Of a DNA stretch of 64,000 bases, positions 1 through 11,961 are shown one piece after another. The notes beneath the pieces are model-generated. The model was not told the DNA's origin. It did no database searches and saw only the letters and a program-made list of their open reading frames with translations. The translations under genes were made by a program, and so were the position numbers. Within the stretch, counting starts at the first letter, position 1; every line of letters begins with the position of its first letter. Source of the DNA: Octopus sinensis (taxonomy: Eukaryota); assembly GCF_006345805.1 (NCBI RefSeq), contig NC_043012.1, positions 1,550,001-1,614,000 of the forward strand, written 5' to 3'.

Positions 1-59
1 TATAACTGTGTGTGTTTTCATCTGTGTATGTGGTTGTACATGTCAGAGAAAGAAAGAGC

Positions 60-226
60 GAGAGATTTGTGAGTGTGAGAGAGAAAGAATGTGCTTTGAA
101 AGAGAGACAGACAGACTTTGTGTGTGTGTGTATGTGTGTATGTATGTGCGTGTGAGAGAGAGAGAGAGAGAGAGAGTCTGAAAGAGAAAGGGATAGAGAG
201 TGTGTGGTGTGTGTGTTCATACGAGG

Positions 227-259
<33 letters not shown>

Positions 260-480
260 AGACAGCCAAGTGTATGTATATTTGGGAAAGAAGAGAGATA
301 GTCACTCTCTCTGCCTCTCTAAATTTCTCTTCTTTCATTCACAACCACAGTATCCCCCTCTTACTCACTGCCTTTCTCTCTCTCCCCTCTCTCCCCTCTC
401 TCCCCTCTCTCCCCTCTCTCCCCTCTCTCCTCTCTCTCTCTCTCTTTCCCTTTCTCTCTCTCGCTCTCTCTTACTCTCTC
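60..480. repeat. (GA)n/(CT)n/(GT)n compound microsatellite and CTCTCCCCT minisatellite
   Basis: Visible simple repeats; they account for ORFs 18..338, 118..534 and 204..554. Confidence 0.95.
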
Positions 481-1182
481 CTTTTCCCTCATTCATTCAT
501 TCAGCTAAACTCCTGCTACACATTTTCAGATTAAACCAACACAGTACCCAGTAACCCACAGATATATAGTGAAGGGTTCCTTCTTCATCTTACCCCACCA
601 CCAACACCATACCACCACCACCAACAACAACAACAATAACACCACCACCACTGTCATATCTCCTGCCTCCATCACCTCACCAGGTTTATCACTCTGAACT
701 TTGACCTAGCAAACAGATTTACTAAACCGCCCCCCCCCAAACCACCGCCGCCACCACTACCACCGCTGCCACCGCCACCACCACCACCACAACTGCTACT
801 TCAGCTCTTCAGTTTGACCTGTAATATGTTCACCTCTGCACTTAGTCCGCCCCCACCCCCACCCCGCTTATCACCACCTTTATCTGGAATAATTGCCTTG
901 TCAGTAATAATTACACAACCAAACACACACACACACAGACATGCATACACACTTACACACACACACACAACACACACACACATGCATACACACTTACAAA
1001 CACATACGCACATGCGTACACACACAAAGACATGCATACACACTTATACACACACATATATACACACACACACATGTAGTTTCACCACATGTGTACAGGT
1101 TAGAGAGCAGTGGTAGATACATGGAGGCAGTTGGAGAAGAGCCTTAAGAACTATGTATAGAGTGATTTATGCGTGTGTGTGT

Positions 1183-1502
1183 GAAGGCGCGTGGCTTAGT
1201 GGTTAGGGCATTCGACTCACGATTGTAAGGTCGTGAGTTCAATTCCTGGCCACGCGTTATGTCCTTGAGCAAGACACTTTATTTCACATTGTTCCAGTCC
1301 ATTCAGCTGGCAAAAATGAGAAGTGCCTGTATTTCAAAGGGCCATCCTTGTCACACTCTGTGTCACGCTGAATCTCCCTGAGAATTACCTTAAAGGTACA
1401 CGTGTCTGTGGAGTACTCAGCCACTTGCACTTTAATTTCATGAGCAAGCTGTTCCATTGATCGTATCAGCTGGGACCCTCGTCATCGTAATGGACGGAGT
1501 GA
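1183..1502 (+). mobile_element. tRNA-derived SINE, family A (OR-like)
   Basis: tRNA-like head GGCGCGTGGCTTAGTGGTTAG...GAGTTCAATTCC with A and B boxes, then TGTCCTTGAGCAAGACACTT and a 3' body shared with 14610, 23547 and 46568. Confidence 0.85.
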
Positions 1503-1506
1503 TCCC

Positions 1507-1555
<49 letters not shown>

Positions 1556-1576
1556 TATTATATATATATTATATAT

Positions 1577-1742
1577 ACGACGGGCTTCTTTTCAGTTTCC
1601 ACCCACCGAATCCACTCACAAGGCTTTGGTCGGCCTGAAGTTCTAGTAAAAGACACTTGCTCAATGTGCCACGCAGTGGGACTGAACCCGGAACCATGTG
1701 GTTGGAAAGCAAGCTTCTTACCACACAGCCACTCCTGCGCCT
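1577..1742 (-). mobile_element. SINE family B, 5' half
   Basis: Reverse complement AGGCGCAGGAGTGGCTGTGTGGTAAG...GGTTCAGTCCC; matches the full copy at 2445-2862. Confidence 0.85.
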
Positions 1743-1849
1743 ATATATATATACATATCATCATCATCCTCATCATCATCCTCATCATCATCATCATCAT
1801 TATCATCATCTAACATCATCTAACATTATCATCATCTAACATCATCTAA

Positions 1850-2100
1850 CATGCTGGCATGGATTGGACAGTGTGACCAGAGCTGGCAAGCTGTAGTTGG
1901 GGACGCAGTAGACTCCAGTCTGATTTGGCATGGGTTTCTGTGGTTGTGATGCCCTTCCTAACACCATTTTACAGATTGTGCGACGGGCACGTAAAAGCAC
2001 CTGACACTACGCGGGTGCGCTTTTACGTGACGCCACACAAGCACTTTTATACAGCACCGCATGAGCACTTTTACGTCACACCACGCGCTTTTATGTGTCG
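1850..2100 (+). mobile_element. RTE-type 3'-end/SINE-like repeat with iterated GCACTTTTACGT motifs
   Basis: GATGCCCTTCCTAAC...TTTTACGTG motif resembles RTE-associated 3' ends; family assignment is from memory. Confidence 0.4.
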
Positions 2101-2444
2101 CTGCACGGGGGGGGGGGGGCTTTTACATGGCAAGAATGAACGAATACCAATTATTGTTTCTTATGAATTTTAAATGGTTGAAACAGATAAAAACAAAAGA
2201 AAGGAAAAACAAAGTAAGAAAACTGTCACCAGACGTCAGCATGAGTCATAGCGGTAAGAAATAAGAGGAAAAAAAGGTCAGCAGGGACGTCGGGTGTTTG
2301 GGTGGGGTGACCGGTAATAAAGTCACGGTAATAAAATCACAATCAATTTATAGAATCCAGACAAAACCACCCTAGGCCAAAATCCCCTCGGACAAAACCT
2401 ACCGGGACTTTTTTTTCCTGTGACTTTTTTTTTTTGTGGATGTT

Positions 2445-2862
2445 ACTCTTTACTCTTTTACTCTTTTACTTGTTTCAGTCATTTGACTGCGGCCATGCTG
2501 GAGCACCGCCTTTAGTCGATCAAATCGACCCCCGGGACTTATTCTTTTGTAAGCCCAGTACTTATTCTATCGGTCTCTTTTGCCGAACCGCTAAGTGACG
2601 GGGGACATAAACACACCAGCATCGGTTGTCGAGCAATGTTAGGGGGACAAACACAGACACACAACCCCCACACACACATATATATATATACATATATACG
2701 ACGGGCTTCTTTCAGTTTCCGTCTACCAAATCCACTCACAAGGCATTGGTCAGCCCGAGGCTATAGCAGAAGACACTTGCCCAAGATGCCATGCAGTGGG
2801 ACTGAACCCGGAACCATGTGGCTGGTTACCAAGCTACTTACCACACAGCCACTCCTGCGCCT
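2445..2862 (-). mobile_element. SINE family B, full length (tRNA head, CTTGGGCAAGTGTC core, internal microsatellite, (TAAAAGAG)n tail)
   Basis: Whole unit recurs many times in the window; on the minus strand it has A/B boxes and an 8-nt repeat tail. Confidence 0.9.
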
Positions 2863-3364
2863 ATAGCCACACCTGAAACATTCTGTTTATCTTTCTGTTA
2901 ACCCTTTAGCATTCAGATTTCTCTGTCAAAGGTAAAGCTTATTCACAGTGCTTTCAATTAATCATACAGTATTCCATATCTTCAAGACTGATGGTGTGAT
3001 TATTCATTTTTAGAATGACACTGTTGGGTAGGTGTGGGAGATCAAACCTGGCCTGTTCGAACATAAAAACGGGTATGATATTTGGGCCAGTTATGACCGG
3101 TTTAAATGCAAAATGATTTTTAAAATGGTACAAGAAAATGTAAAATGGACAGATTTCAAAAAAATTGTTAAGAATAATGAGTGTTCCTTCTTGAAGAAAT
3201 ATTGGTCACTATGGCAACATTCCACCTTTGAATTCTAAGAATTCTAAGATATATATATATATTTAATATTAATATTAGGGAAGTTATTTCCGAGTCCACG
3301 GGGGAGAGAAGTTCAATTTAGTGGTACCAAAAAGAATTACTCACTGTCTTATATACATATAGAT

Positions 3365-3750
3365 ATTACTCTTTTTACTCTTTTACTTGTTTCAGTCATT
3401 TGACTGCGGCCATGCTGGAGCACCGACTTTAGTCGAGCAAATCGACCCCAGGACTTATTCTTTGTAAGCCCAGTACTTATTCAATCGGTCTCTTTTGCCG
3501 AGCCGCTAAGTGACGGGGACGTAAACACACCAGCATCGGTTGTCAAGCAATGCTAGGGGGACAAACACAGACACACAAACACACATACACACACATATAT
3601 AGATATACATATATACGACAGGCTTCTTTCAGTTTCCGTCTACCAAATCCACTCACAAGGTATTGGTCGGCCCGGGGCTATAGCAGAAGACACTTGCCCA
3701 AGATGCCACGCAGTGGGACTGAACCTGGAACCATGTGGTTGGTTAGCAAG
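3365..3750 (-). mobile_element. SINE family B, slightly 5'-truncated
   Basis: Near-identical to 2445-2862. Confidence 0.9.
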
Positions 3751-3899
3751 GTTTAAGAGACAGAGTCACCCTCAAGCAACTCAATCATCATTGAACGACA
3801 TTATCCACGATAGGTACATATAGGACTAAATATTAAAATTATCAAAATTAATACCTTCAATTCTTATTCTAAATCATATCGAGTAATATGCTGTCATGA

Positions 3900-4697
3900 A
3901 ACGCGCGTAGTCTATATAATGTAAAGTGCACCCTATAAAAAGATCTTCAGATATTTTCTAGGTACAAGCCATGTCTGAAGTTCCGACACTTGGAATAACC
4001 GAAAAATCCCAAATCGCTAATCCTGAAGCCGAGAAGTACACGAAAGACGATCTTTAGATATTTCTTTATGTATTTCTTTACTTCTGTTAGAATGAAATAA
4101 ACAATTAATTTTTAAAAAGTGAGTTTAATGCTTGTTTGGTTTTGTGCCGTACCTGTCTTCCTTTAACCCATAAAGCGTTGGATTTGCACTTACATAACAT
4201 GGACTGCTATGACAACGAGACTAACATGCACACATAGAAAACAAACAATATTTGAAATATCTTCTTAGTATATAATGGTGGCAAGTTTTACATCATCTGA
4301 AAAGTTATTAGTTGAACTATTAGTTCTCTTGCATTCTGGGGGGTATCGGATCGTCTGAGTGGCATTAGACCCCAACAAACGCCCATAAATTAAATGCATC
4401 TATTTGGGCCACGATCGTGGCGTGTCGACCTGTGCCCGACTACTATGATCGTGGCCCGTCGCGCTTTATGCGTTAATTCGAAGCCGTGTTATTTGTTGAC
4501 AAGAAGAGAAAGAGGAATCCGTATGAGATCACTTTCAAGCTGAAAGTTGTTGAATACCTAAAGTTGCATTCGAATCGAGCTGCGAAAAAATCACAACGAC
4601 TTATAGTCAGGTCAATAATAAAATTCCTGATTTGAACGTTGTAAGTCGGGAGTGCGTCTTATTGGCGAGGGCGTTTTGTAGTCGAGTATATACAGTA
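3900..4697 (+). mobile_element. Internally deleted pogo-like (Tc1/mariner superfamily) DNA transposon
   Basis: 4501-4590 translates KKRKRNPYEITFKLKVVEYLKLHSNRAAKK, like the N-terminal Brinker-type HTH of pogo/POGK transposases. The right end reads GTCGAGTATATACAGTA, a pogo-type TIR plus TA. The left boundary is approximate. Confidence 0.55.
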
Positions 4698-5073
4698 CGA
4701 GCAAAACGCCCCCCCCCCGTCCAATGGACGGTGCTGAGTTGTCAAACATTTAAACAAAATTTTCTCAAAACAATTTGTCTGACCGTCCCATAGGCCTCCC
4801 CTTTGAAAAACACTGATTTAACCTAAATTTGAGACACCAGCAAAAGAAGAAATAAAGATAGACTTTTTTCTATTCCAAAGAAAAACGATTTTATTCACTT
4901 TATCGATCGCATTCTCATCTGGAATTGATTTTTGTAATCTTTTCAAGACTTATACACGCCCTGATACCGTCGGTATCTACATATCAAATTTGAGCGCAAT
5001 CGGATGGAGGATGCCCGAGATCCTAGAAGACACACACACACACAGACAGACAAATCGGATTTTATATAATAGA
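4698..5073 (-). mobile_element. Non-autonomous Helitron-like element
   Basis: Minus-strand 5' end TCTATTATATAAA...TGTCTGTCTGTG. 3' hairpin CCGTCC-ATT-GGACGG (4717-4731), then a CTCG|T terminus. Confidence 0.65.
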
Positions 5074-6049
5074 TTTGAAAAATGAACAAAAATTAAAATG
5101 GTTATAAATGACAAGGAACCAATCAAAAGACCTTTCAACTAATCACTGCTGCACTGCTGTGTTACAAGAACAGTAAATCTATACCATAAGGGAAATTAAA
5201 TAAACAGATTTTAAACCAAAGCTTAAAGCTACAGATTAAGTGAAAGTAGAAATTGTAAAAGCATAAAAAAAAACAGGAAAATATTTACAAAAAATATTAA
5301 ACTAATTAAAGTAAACCTAAAAACTAGAAAAAAGTCCCCGTTTCAAAAACTTCTTTCGGGTTTGAAAACCAGGACAAATCTCTGAAAACCAAGATGTCTG
5401 GACACCCTGGTGGTAGGTTCAATATAGTAAATTTTCTCTTTAAAACCATTCCAAGTGAGAACTCCATTGTAGTATAATGAAACTTCATTAAATATTTCTG
5501 TATTAACAAAGTGGTTTGAGATTTTGATCCCTTTGTTTCTTTATATCTGATGTTTCGGATACAAAAAGTGGAAAAAAAATAATAATAATAATCGGTGGTT
5601 ATAATTTCTGTAGAATAACTGTGGGAATAACTTTAACAAGTGCTTAATCTTATAACCTTTATCAGTGCTGGCTAAACAATAATTTTCATAGAATATCTGT
5701 AGAGATAACCTTATCAAGTAATGTAGATCGTACTGCTAACACAGCAGAATGTGGTACTGACTTATAAGAATGTTTAGTATATTTTACGATATATTATGGT
5801 TGCATAGCGATATACCGCGTACCTACAAGTCATTAGTATCTAAGTAGTGTTTTATGGGTATTTGGAGAGGAAGTGTACACAGTTTAATGACCTGCCTGGC
5901 TTTTTAAGAGGGCAACACATTGAATTTGAAAGGTCAAGTGCTGCACCAAGAAAACCTACTTTATGCGAGTTAATTTCAAAATGAAAAGGAATTCGAATTT
6001 CTTGGAGAATAAATCTAGGTCTTTTCTGATTTAGTTGCACTTTATGGAC

Positions 6050-6200
6050 TGCAGTTATTCAACAACAATATTGATTGGGACACATCAAGGATCATCTCTC
6101 AGCCACCTCCTGTATATTGTTGTCCCCCAGGCCATAAGAGTGATTGTCTCAACTAAGCCATCACATATGTTGATGACTTTCTTCTTAAAGCTGTTTCAGT
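6050..6200 (+). mobile_element. Degenerate RTE-clade LINE reverse transcriptase fragment
   Basis: IGTHQGSSLSHLLYIVV (cf. GVHQGSVLSPLLF), then after a frameshift TYVDDFLLKA (YADD motif, 6166-6177). Confidence 0.7.
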
Positions 6201-6396
6201 CAAACAATCAGATCAGTGGTTTTCAACCATATCTAATCTATGGGCCCCTCCAGTTCATATTTTACTCTAGTGGACCCTCTTAAACATTCAACGTTTTAAA
6301 AAGATCCTATTATATTTTTATTATTGAATATTATTAGGAATTGTTTTTAAAATAATTGCTAAAATATTTGGTGGTTTGTAGAAGTATAAGCAATAG

Positions 6397-6605
6397 GCGG
6401 CGAGCTGGCAGAAACGTTACCACGCCGGGCGAGATGCTTAGCAGTATTTCCTCTGTCTTTACGTTCTGAGTTCAAATTCCGTCGAGGTCGACTTTGCCTT
6501 TCATCCTTTCGGGGTCGATTAAATAAATACCAGTTACGCACTGGGGTCGATATAATCGACTTAATCCGTTTGTCTCCTCTCTGTGTGGGCAGTAAAGAAA
6601 TAAGA
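6397..6605 (+). mobile_element. tRNA-derived SINE, family C (single module)
   Basis: Head GGCGGCGAGCTGGCAGAAACGTTA, B box GAGTTCAAATTCC, core GTCGACTTTGCCTTTCATCCTTTCGGGGTCGA. Confidence 0.9.
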
Positions 6606-6664
6606 AGTATAAGCAATTTACTCATGAATTTTAGCAAAAAAATCTTATACGAAGACCTTGGCAG

Positions 6665-7170
6665 AATATGAACTCAGAACGTGATGACAGACGAAATGCC
6701 TATTTCTTTACTACCCACAAGGGGCTAAACACAGAGAGGACAAACAAGGATAGACAAAAGGACCAACTGTCTAAAATTGAAAGGAACAATAATAATTCTT
6801 TCTACTGGAAGTACAAGGCCTCAAATTACATCAACCCCAGTGTGGAACTAGTACTTATTTAATCGACCCCGAAAGGCTGAAAGGCAAAGTCAACCTTGGC
6901 GGAATTTGAACTCAGAACGTAGCAGCGGACGAAATACCTATCTCTTTACTACCCACAAGGGGCTAAACACAGAAGGGACAAACAAGGACAGATAAACGGA
7001 TTAAGTCGATTATATTGACTCCAGTGCGTAACTGGTACTTATTTAATCGACCCCGAAAGGATGAAAGGCAAAGTAGACCTCGACGGAATTTGAACCCAGA
7101 ACGTACCGGCAGACGAAATACGGCAAAGCATTTCGCCCGGCGTGCTAACGTTTCTGCCAGCTCGCCGCCT
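6665..7170 (-). mobile_element. SINE family C with tandem internal modules
   Basis: One head at about 7170 followed by repeated B-box/core/tail modules. Confidence 0.85.
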
Positions 7171-7186
7171 TACGGTAATAATTAAT

Positions 7187-7556
7187 AACAAGAGCACTCA
7201 GAGAGTGCAAACCTCTGCCAAGGCAACACCAACGCCCTCTCAACGATTAGCCAGAGATGATTTTTAAAATGAGAATATATAAAATAAACTCGACTGCTCT
7301 CACAAACGAGAATACTAGAAATGAACCCGAAAGCTCTCAAAAATTAAGTAAAAAAAAACAAAACGAAAAATAATCCAGAATCCATGTCCGGTACCGGATC
7401 AATTCCAAAATCTTATCAGTTCGTGCCAGTCACGAGACCAAACATCCCCGAGAGTTTCATCCGATTTCATCCAGTGGTTCTGGAGATATCTTGTCCACAA
7501 ACAAACAAACAAACGCAACGGAAAACAATATCTCCGCATTCGCCAAGGCGGAGGTG
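7187..7556 (+). mobile_element. Helentron-associated (DINE/HINE-like) non-autonomous element
   Basis: Begins AACAAGAG. Subterminal inverted repeats ACCTCTGCC / GGCGGAGGT, 3' hairpin CTCCGC...GCGGAG, (ACAA)n near the 3' end. Confidence 0.6.
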
Positions 7557-7574
7557 ATGAAAAAATTGGTGTAG

Positions 7575-7890
7575 GTGTGAGAACAGGCTGGAGAAAAATA
7601 AAACAGTTTCAGGAACTATTTACCTGTTCAGGTAAAACAAAGCGAGTATTTCAAACTCAGAGTTCAGGTTAGATTGTGTGGTGGCCATGTATGGCTAGCA
7701 ATGCAGTTTGGCAACAAAATTGCAGATCTTGAAAAACAGAGGGTTTTTGAAGATTGGAAAGCTGTGTATAATGCTAACAATGCACATGCGCATTAGAATA
7801 CAGAACTCAGAGAAAAATTAGATAAATGTGGAATCGGGTGGACTGTGTAAAAGAGAAGCCTGAACTGATGTAGACTTTAAAACATATGGA
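7575..7890 (+). mobile_element. Degenerate RTE LINE thumb/C-terminal fragment
   Basis: RTGWRK..FRELL and LREKLDKCGI-like peptides, broken by frameshifts. Confidence 0.55.
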
Positions 7891-8169
7891 GGATAGCGGC
7901 TGTTTAACCTTTTTGTTACTCTATTTCTGTTGGAACACTGCTTTTCTTTCGGTTAATTCTCAAAATAAGAAGGATTTAGTAAAATTATTAAATTTAATGA
8001 AAAAAAAAAGTAATTATTATGCCGATGATAAGAACGTAGATTAACACGAAGCTATGAGGCAAATCAAACAATGAAAAACTTAAGCCAATACATATTAATT
8101 AATTAATTTATATTATTTTAAATATATATCAAAATTATTAAAAGTTTAATAAAAGATAATGAGTAAAAC

Positions 8170-8239
8170 ATTACGATCGTTTCATGGCTGTCCAATTCTT
8201 AATAATTCGAGTTATGGTTACAGTCAATCTTCAGGTAAT
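8170..8239 (-). ncRNA. Hammerhead-like motif (degenerate)
   Basis: ATTAC CTGAAGA TTGACTGT-loop-ACAGCCAT GAAA CGA TC GTAAT; 5-bp stem I. Confidence 0.5.
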
Positions 8240-8264
8240 TGAAATATTTATCTTAGCGAGGTTT

Positions 8265-8302
<38 letters not shown>

Positions 8303-8340
8303 ACAGAGATTGTCGGAAGTAACACCTACTGGCTGGCTAC

Positions 8341-8382
8341 GCTGCATTGAAAAGGGGCAATACTCCGAAACGCGTCTGTAGC
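8341..8382 (+). ncRNA. Minimal type I hammerhead ribozyme with two core mutations
   Basis: GCTGCA TTGAAAA GGGG CAATA CTCC GAAA CGCG TC TGTAGC; all three stems present, core C3U and G8A. Confidence 0.65.
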
Positions 8383-8593
8383 TGCCGGTCAAGTAGTGTG
8401 GAGCGACTGACCTCCCTTGTTCGAAGGTTATATGGATACAGTTTGTGTATCAAATAGCTAACTTAAGGCGATGGCCTCATGGAGCTAATAAGCGGACAGC
8501 TTTTTTCTTATTTTTATAAGAATGCCATATTAGTATGGCGATAACTATTATTTTATATATATATATATCCAGCATTCTGAACACCTTTTTTTC

Positions 8594-8630
<37 letters not shown>

Positions 8631-8828
8631 GAAAAAAAAAACACCTTTTATCAATTCAAAATGAATAATTAAATTACACCATCTTGAAAATTACATATAA
8701 TGGAAAAGTTAAAATTAAAATAACAATTAAAAAGTAAAGATTAAGTAAATTACAAAAGAACAAGAGAATTCTAAATTGAATTCTTTTTCCTTGTAAGTTT
8801 GGATTTTATTCCCTCAAATAATAATAAT

Positions 8829-8889
<61 letters not shown>

Positions 8890-9043
8890 CTACATACATG
8901 TATATGTATATATGTATATATATGTATATATATGTATGTATGTATATAAACATATATGTGTACATGTATATAAACATAGCTATATCTATCTATCTATCTA
9001 TACATACATCCATCCATCCATCCATCCATACGTACATACATAT

Positions 9044-9100
<57 letters not shown>

Positions 9101-9209
9101 CTTGTATATATTTTGTTTCGAATTTGTGTGAATGTGTATAGAATAATATATAAGTTGAATAAAGTTAAAACATGGTTTGATTTTCACGTTTTTTATTATT
9201 CTATTTTAA

Positions 9210-9251
9210 CAAAATTAGCGTTTTCATACATAGTGTTCTCATCAGGTTTCA
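9210..9251 (-). ncRNA. Degenerate hammerhead motif
   Basis: TGAAAC CTGATGA GAACACTATGTAT GAAAA CGC TA ATTTTG; stem I 5 of 6 paired, stem II decayed. Confidence 0.4.
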
Positions 9252-9544
9252 AATGTATATATATATATATATGTATGTATATGTGTGTGCGTGTGTGTAT
9301 GTATATATGTATATATATGTATATATATATATATATAAATATATACATATGTATATACATATACATACATATATATATATATACATATATATATATACTT
9401 ATATATACTAATATATATATATACATGTATATACATATATACATATATACGCATATATATACTTATATGTATATATTTATATGACCATATACACTAACAC
9501 ACACACATATATACATGTTCACACACAATATATATACACAACAC

Positions 9545-9575
<31 letters not shown>

Positions 9576-9642
9576 ATATACGCACAAACACACTCACAAA
9601 CACACACACACCACATCTACATTTACAATCATGCAGATTACA

Positions 9643-9675
<33 letters not shown>

Positions 9676-10639
9676 CAGAAATATATTTTATCTATTTATT
9701 ACATTAGTGTTTACTACATCAACAACAACATCAGCAACAACTACGGCTACAACGTTAATATCAATAAAATGACCTCATTACTTACAACATCCGTGACCAC
9801 CACCACTGACAGAAGCAACAGCTTAATTAAGATCTCTTTTCTCCCCCTCTCTCCCTCTCCCCCCTCTCTCTCTCTCTCTCATGATTGCATAGCTAATACA
9901 GTCTCCAGATGACACAGATGTTATGTCTGATCCGAATATGGATTACCCGAGTCATGTTAAGGTTTACTTGGCACCATCAATCAAGTGAAAGAGGAGGTGG
10001 AGGAGGAGGAGCAGGGGGAGGAGAGGAGGGGGTTTAGAGCAGCAGCAGCAGCAGCAACAACAGCATGAAGAAGGAGAAAAGAAGCGCGTGGGGTGGGGGT
10101 CGGGAGGGGATGAAGTGAGGGTGGGATGGCAGGGTTTGTGGTCCTTATCCTGGCTTTTCTTCGTCACGCATCTAAACAGGGTCCTATACGTAGTATTTTT
10201 CATAACCTACTTTCGAGGGGCGGGAGGGAGTGGGGGCAGGGACAAGCAGTGAGTTGTTTGGCAGAAGTGCTTAGGGGCAACTGCTGGACAAAACGCCTTG
10301 TGGTAATTGTTCTGGCTCTTTACGTCCTGAGTTCAAATCCTACCAAAGTTGAAAGCCATCTTTGCTTATCGTCTTTAACAGGGTCAATGATTAAAGCAGT
10401 TGTCAAATAATGGGGGTGGGGCAGTCGGTTCTTGTCCCTCACTTTCTCTTTCCCCTTATCTCTCTTTCTAGCTCTCTTGTTCCCTCCCTTTCTCTCTCTC
10501 TCTCTTTCTCTCTCTTTTTTTCGGCCTATTTTCCTTTCTTTCTTTCAGTATCAGTTATTCAGCGTTTTTTGAAGGTTATGAACTAAGGACCATTTATTGG
10601 ATTCCTTGCTTCTAAGAAACAGAGGAGGGTTGTGAAACA

Positions 10640-11210
10640 GCCAAATAAGGCCGGAAATTTTGGGGGAGGGGCCTGTCGATTAGATCGACCCAGTATACAA
10701 CTGGTACTTAATTTATCAACCCCCGAAAGGATGAAAGGCAAAATCGACATCAGCGGAATTTGAACTCACAACCTAAAGACAGACGAAATACCTATTTCTT
10801 TACTGCCCTCAAGGGGCTAAACACAGAGAGGACAGACAAGGACAGACAAACAGATTAAGTCGATTATATCGACCCCAGTGCGTAACTGGTACTTAATTTA
10901 TCAACCCCCGAAAGGATGAAAGGCAAAATCGACATCAGCGGAATTTGAACTCACAACCTAAAGACAGACGAAATACCTATTTCTGTACTACCCTCAAGGG
11001 GCTAAACACAGAGAGGACAGACAAGGACAGACAAACGGATTAAGTCGATTATATCGACACTAGTGCGTAACTGGTACTTAATTTAATCGACCCCGAAATG
11101 ATGAAAGGCAAAGTCGACCTCGGCGGAATTTGAACTCAGAACGTAACGGCAGACGAAATACAGCTACGCATTTCGCCCGGCATGCTAACGTTTCTGCCAG
11201 CTCACCGCCT
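10640..11210 (-). mobile_element. SINE family C with three tandem 185-bp modules
   Basis: GAATTTGAACTC recurs at 10756, 10941 and 11126. Confidence 0.9.
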
Positions 11211-11218
11211 TACATATG

Positions 11219-11281
<63 letters not shown>

Positions 11282-11459
11282 GTCTGCTCACAAGATTTTG
11301 GTTGACCCGGAGCTAGAGTTGATGATACTTGCCCAAGGTACCACACAGTGGGACTGAGCTCAAAGACACACTGTTGGGAAGTGAAATATAACAAGCACCA
11401 ACCTCTTTACAAATACCTTAGACTCTCTCTCTTTCTCTCTCTCTGGAGTCGATATATAT

Positions 11460-11753
11460 ATAATACAAAATGGGACAAGAATGCAAAACATCCAGACAAC
11501 TAGGTGATACAAAAAGGGACAACAAAACATCCAGATAGACGATACAAAGAAAACAAGGATGGGTCATTCGAAGTTTTCTTTCTTCAGTCAAGTACCAGAT
11601 TATCCCCGCAATTTCGACTGATTATTCTTGAGATAGCTCCAATTTGGCCAGCCCCAAGGAAAAACTAAGCTAAGAGCATTAGATTCCTTGGAAGAAAGCA
11701 GAGAATGTATACAAAAACAAGGACGGAAAAAATGGACAATGTAATACAAATAC

Positions 11754-11802
<49 letters not shown>

Positions 11803-11900
11803 TCAGGATATAACAACAGGTGCCTTTCGACTGGGGACGAATTGAATTAAGCTGGCGTGTGTGGAATTGAAGCCTTACGGCAGAGATACAATAATTTCAA
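11460..11900. repeat. Unclassified dispersed repeat (AATACAAAATGGGACAAGAA... family), Penelope-LTR-like
   Basis: Homologous to 31030-31200, 31360-31800, 13430-13650 and 63905-64000; flanked by TA/CA repeats. Confidence 0.7.
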
Positions 11901-11905
11901 AAACA

Positions 11906-11949
<44 letters not shown>

Positions 11950-11961
11950 CACACACATATA

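Noticed and set aside
480-930. Short unique stretches between low-complexity blocks as possible exons
   Set aside because: No convincing splice pairs or recognisable peptide.
5852-6040. Minus ORF ...KVGFLGAALDLSNSMCCPLKKPGRSLNCVHFLSKYP resembling a Penelope RT thumb (FLD..LDL...KP...HP)
   Set aside because: The similarity is only impressionistic, key residues differ, and it abuts an opposite-strand RTE fragment; it needs a profile search.
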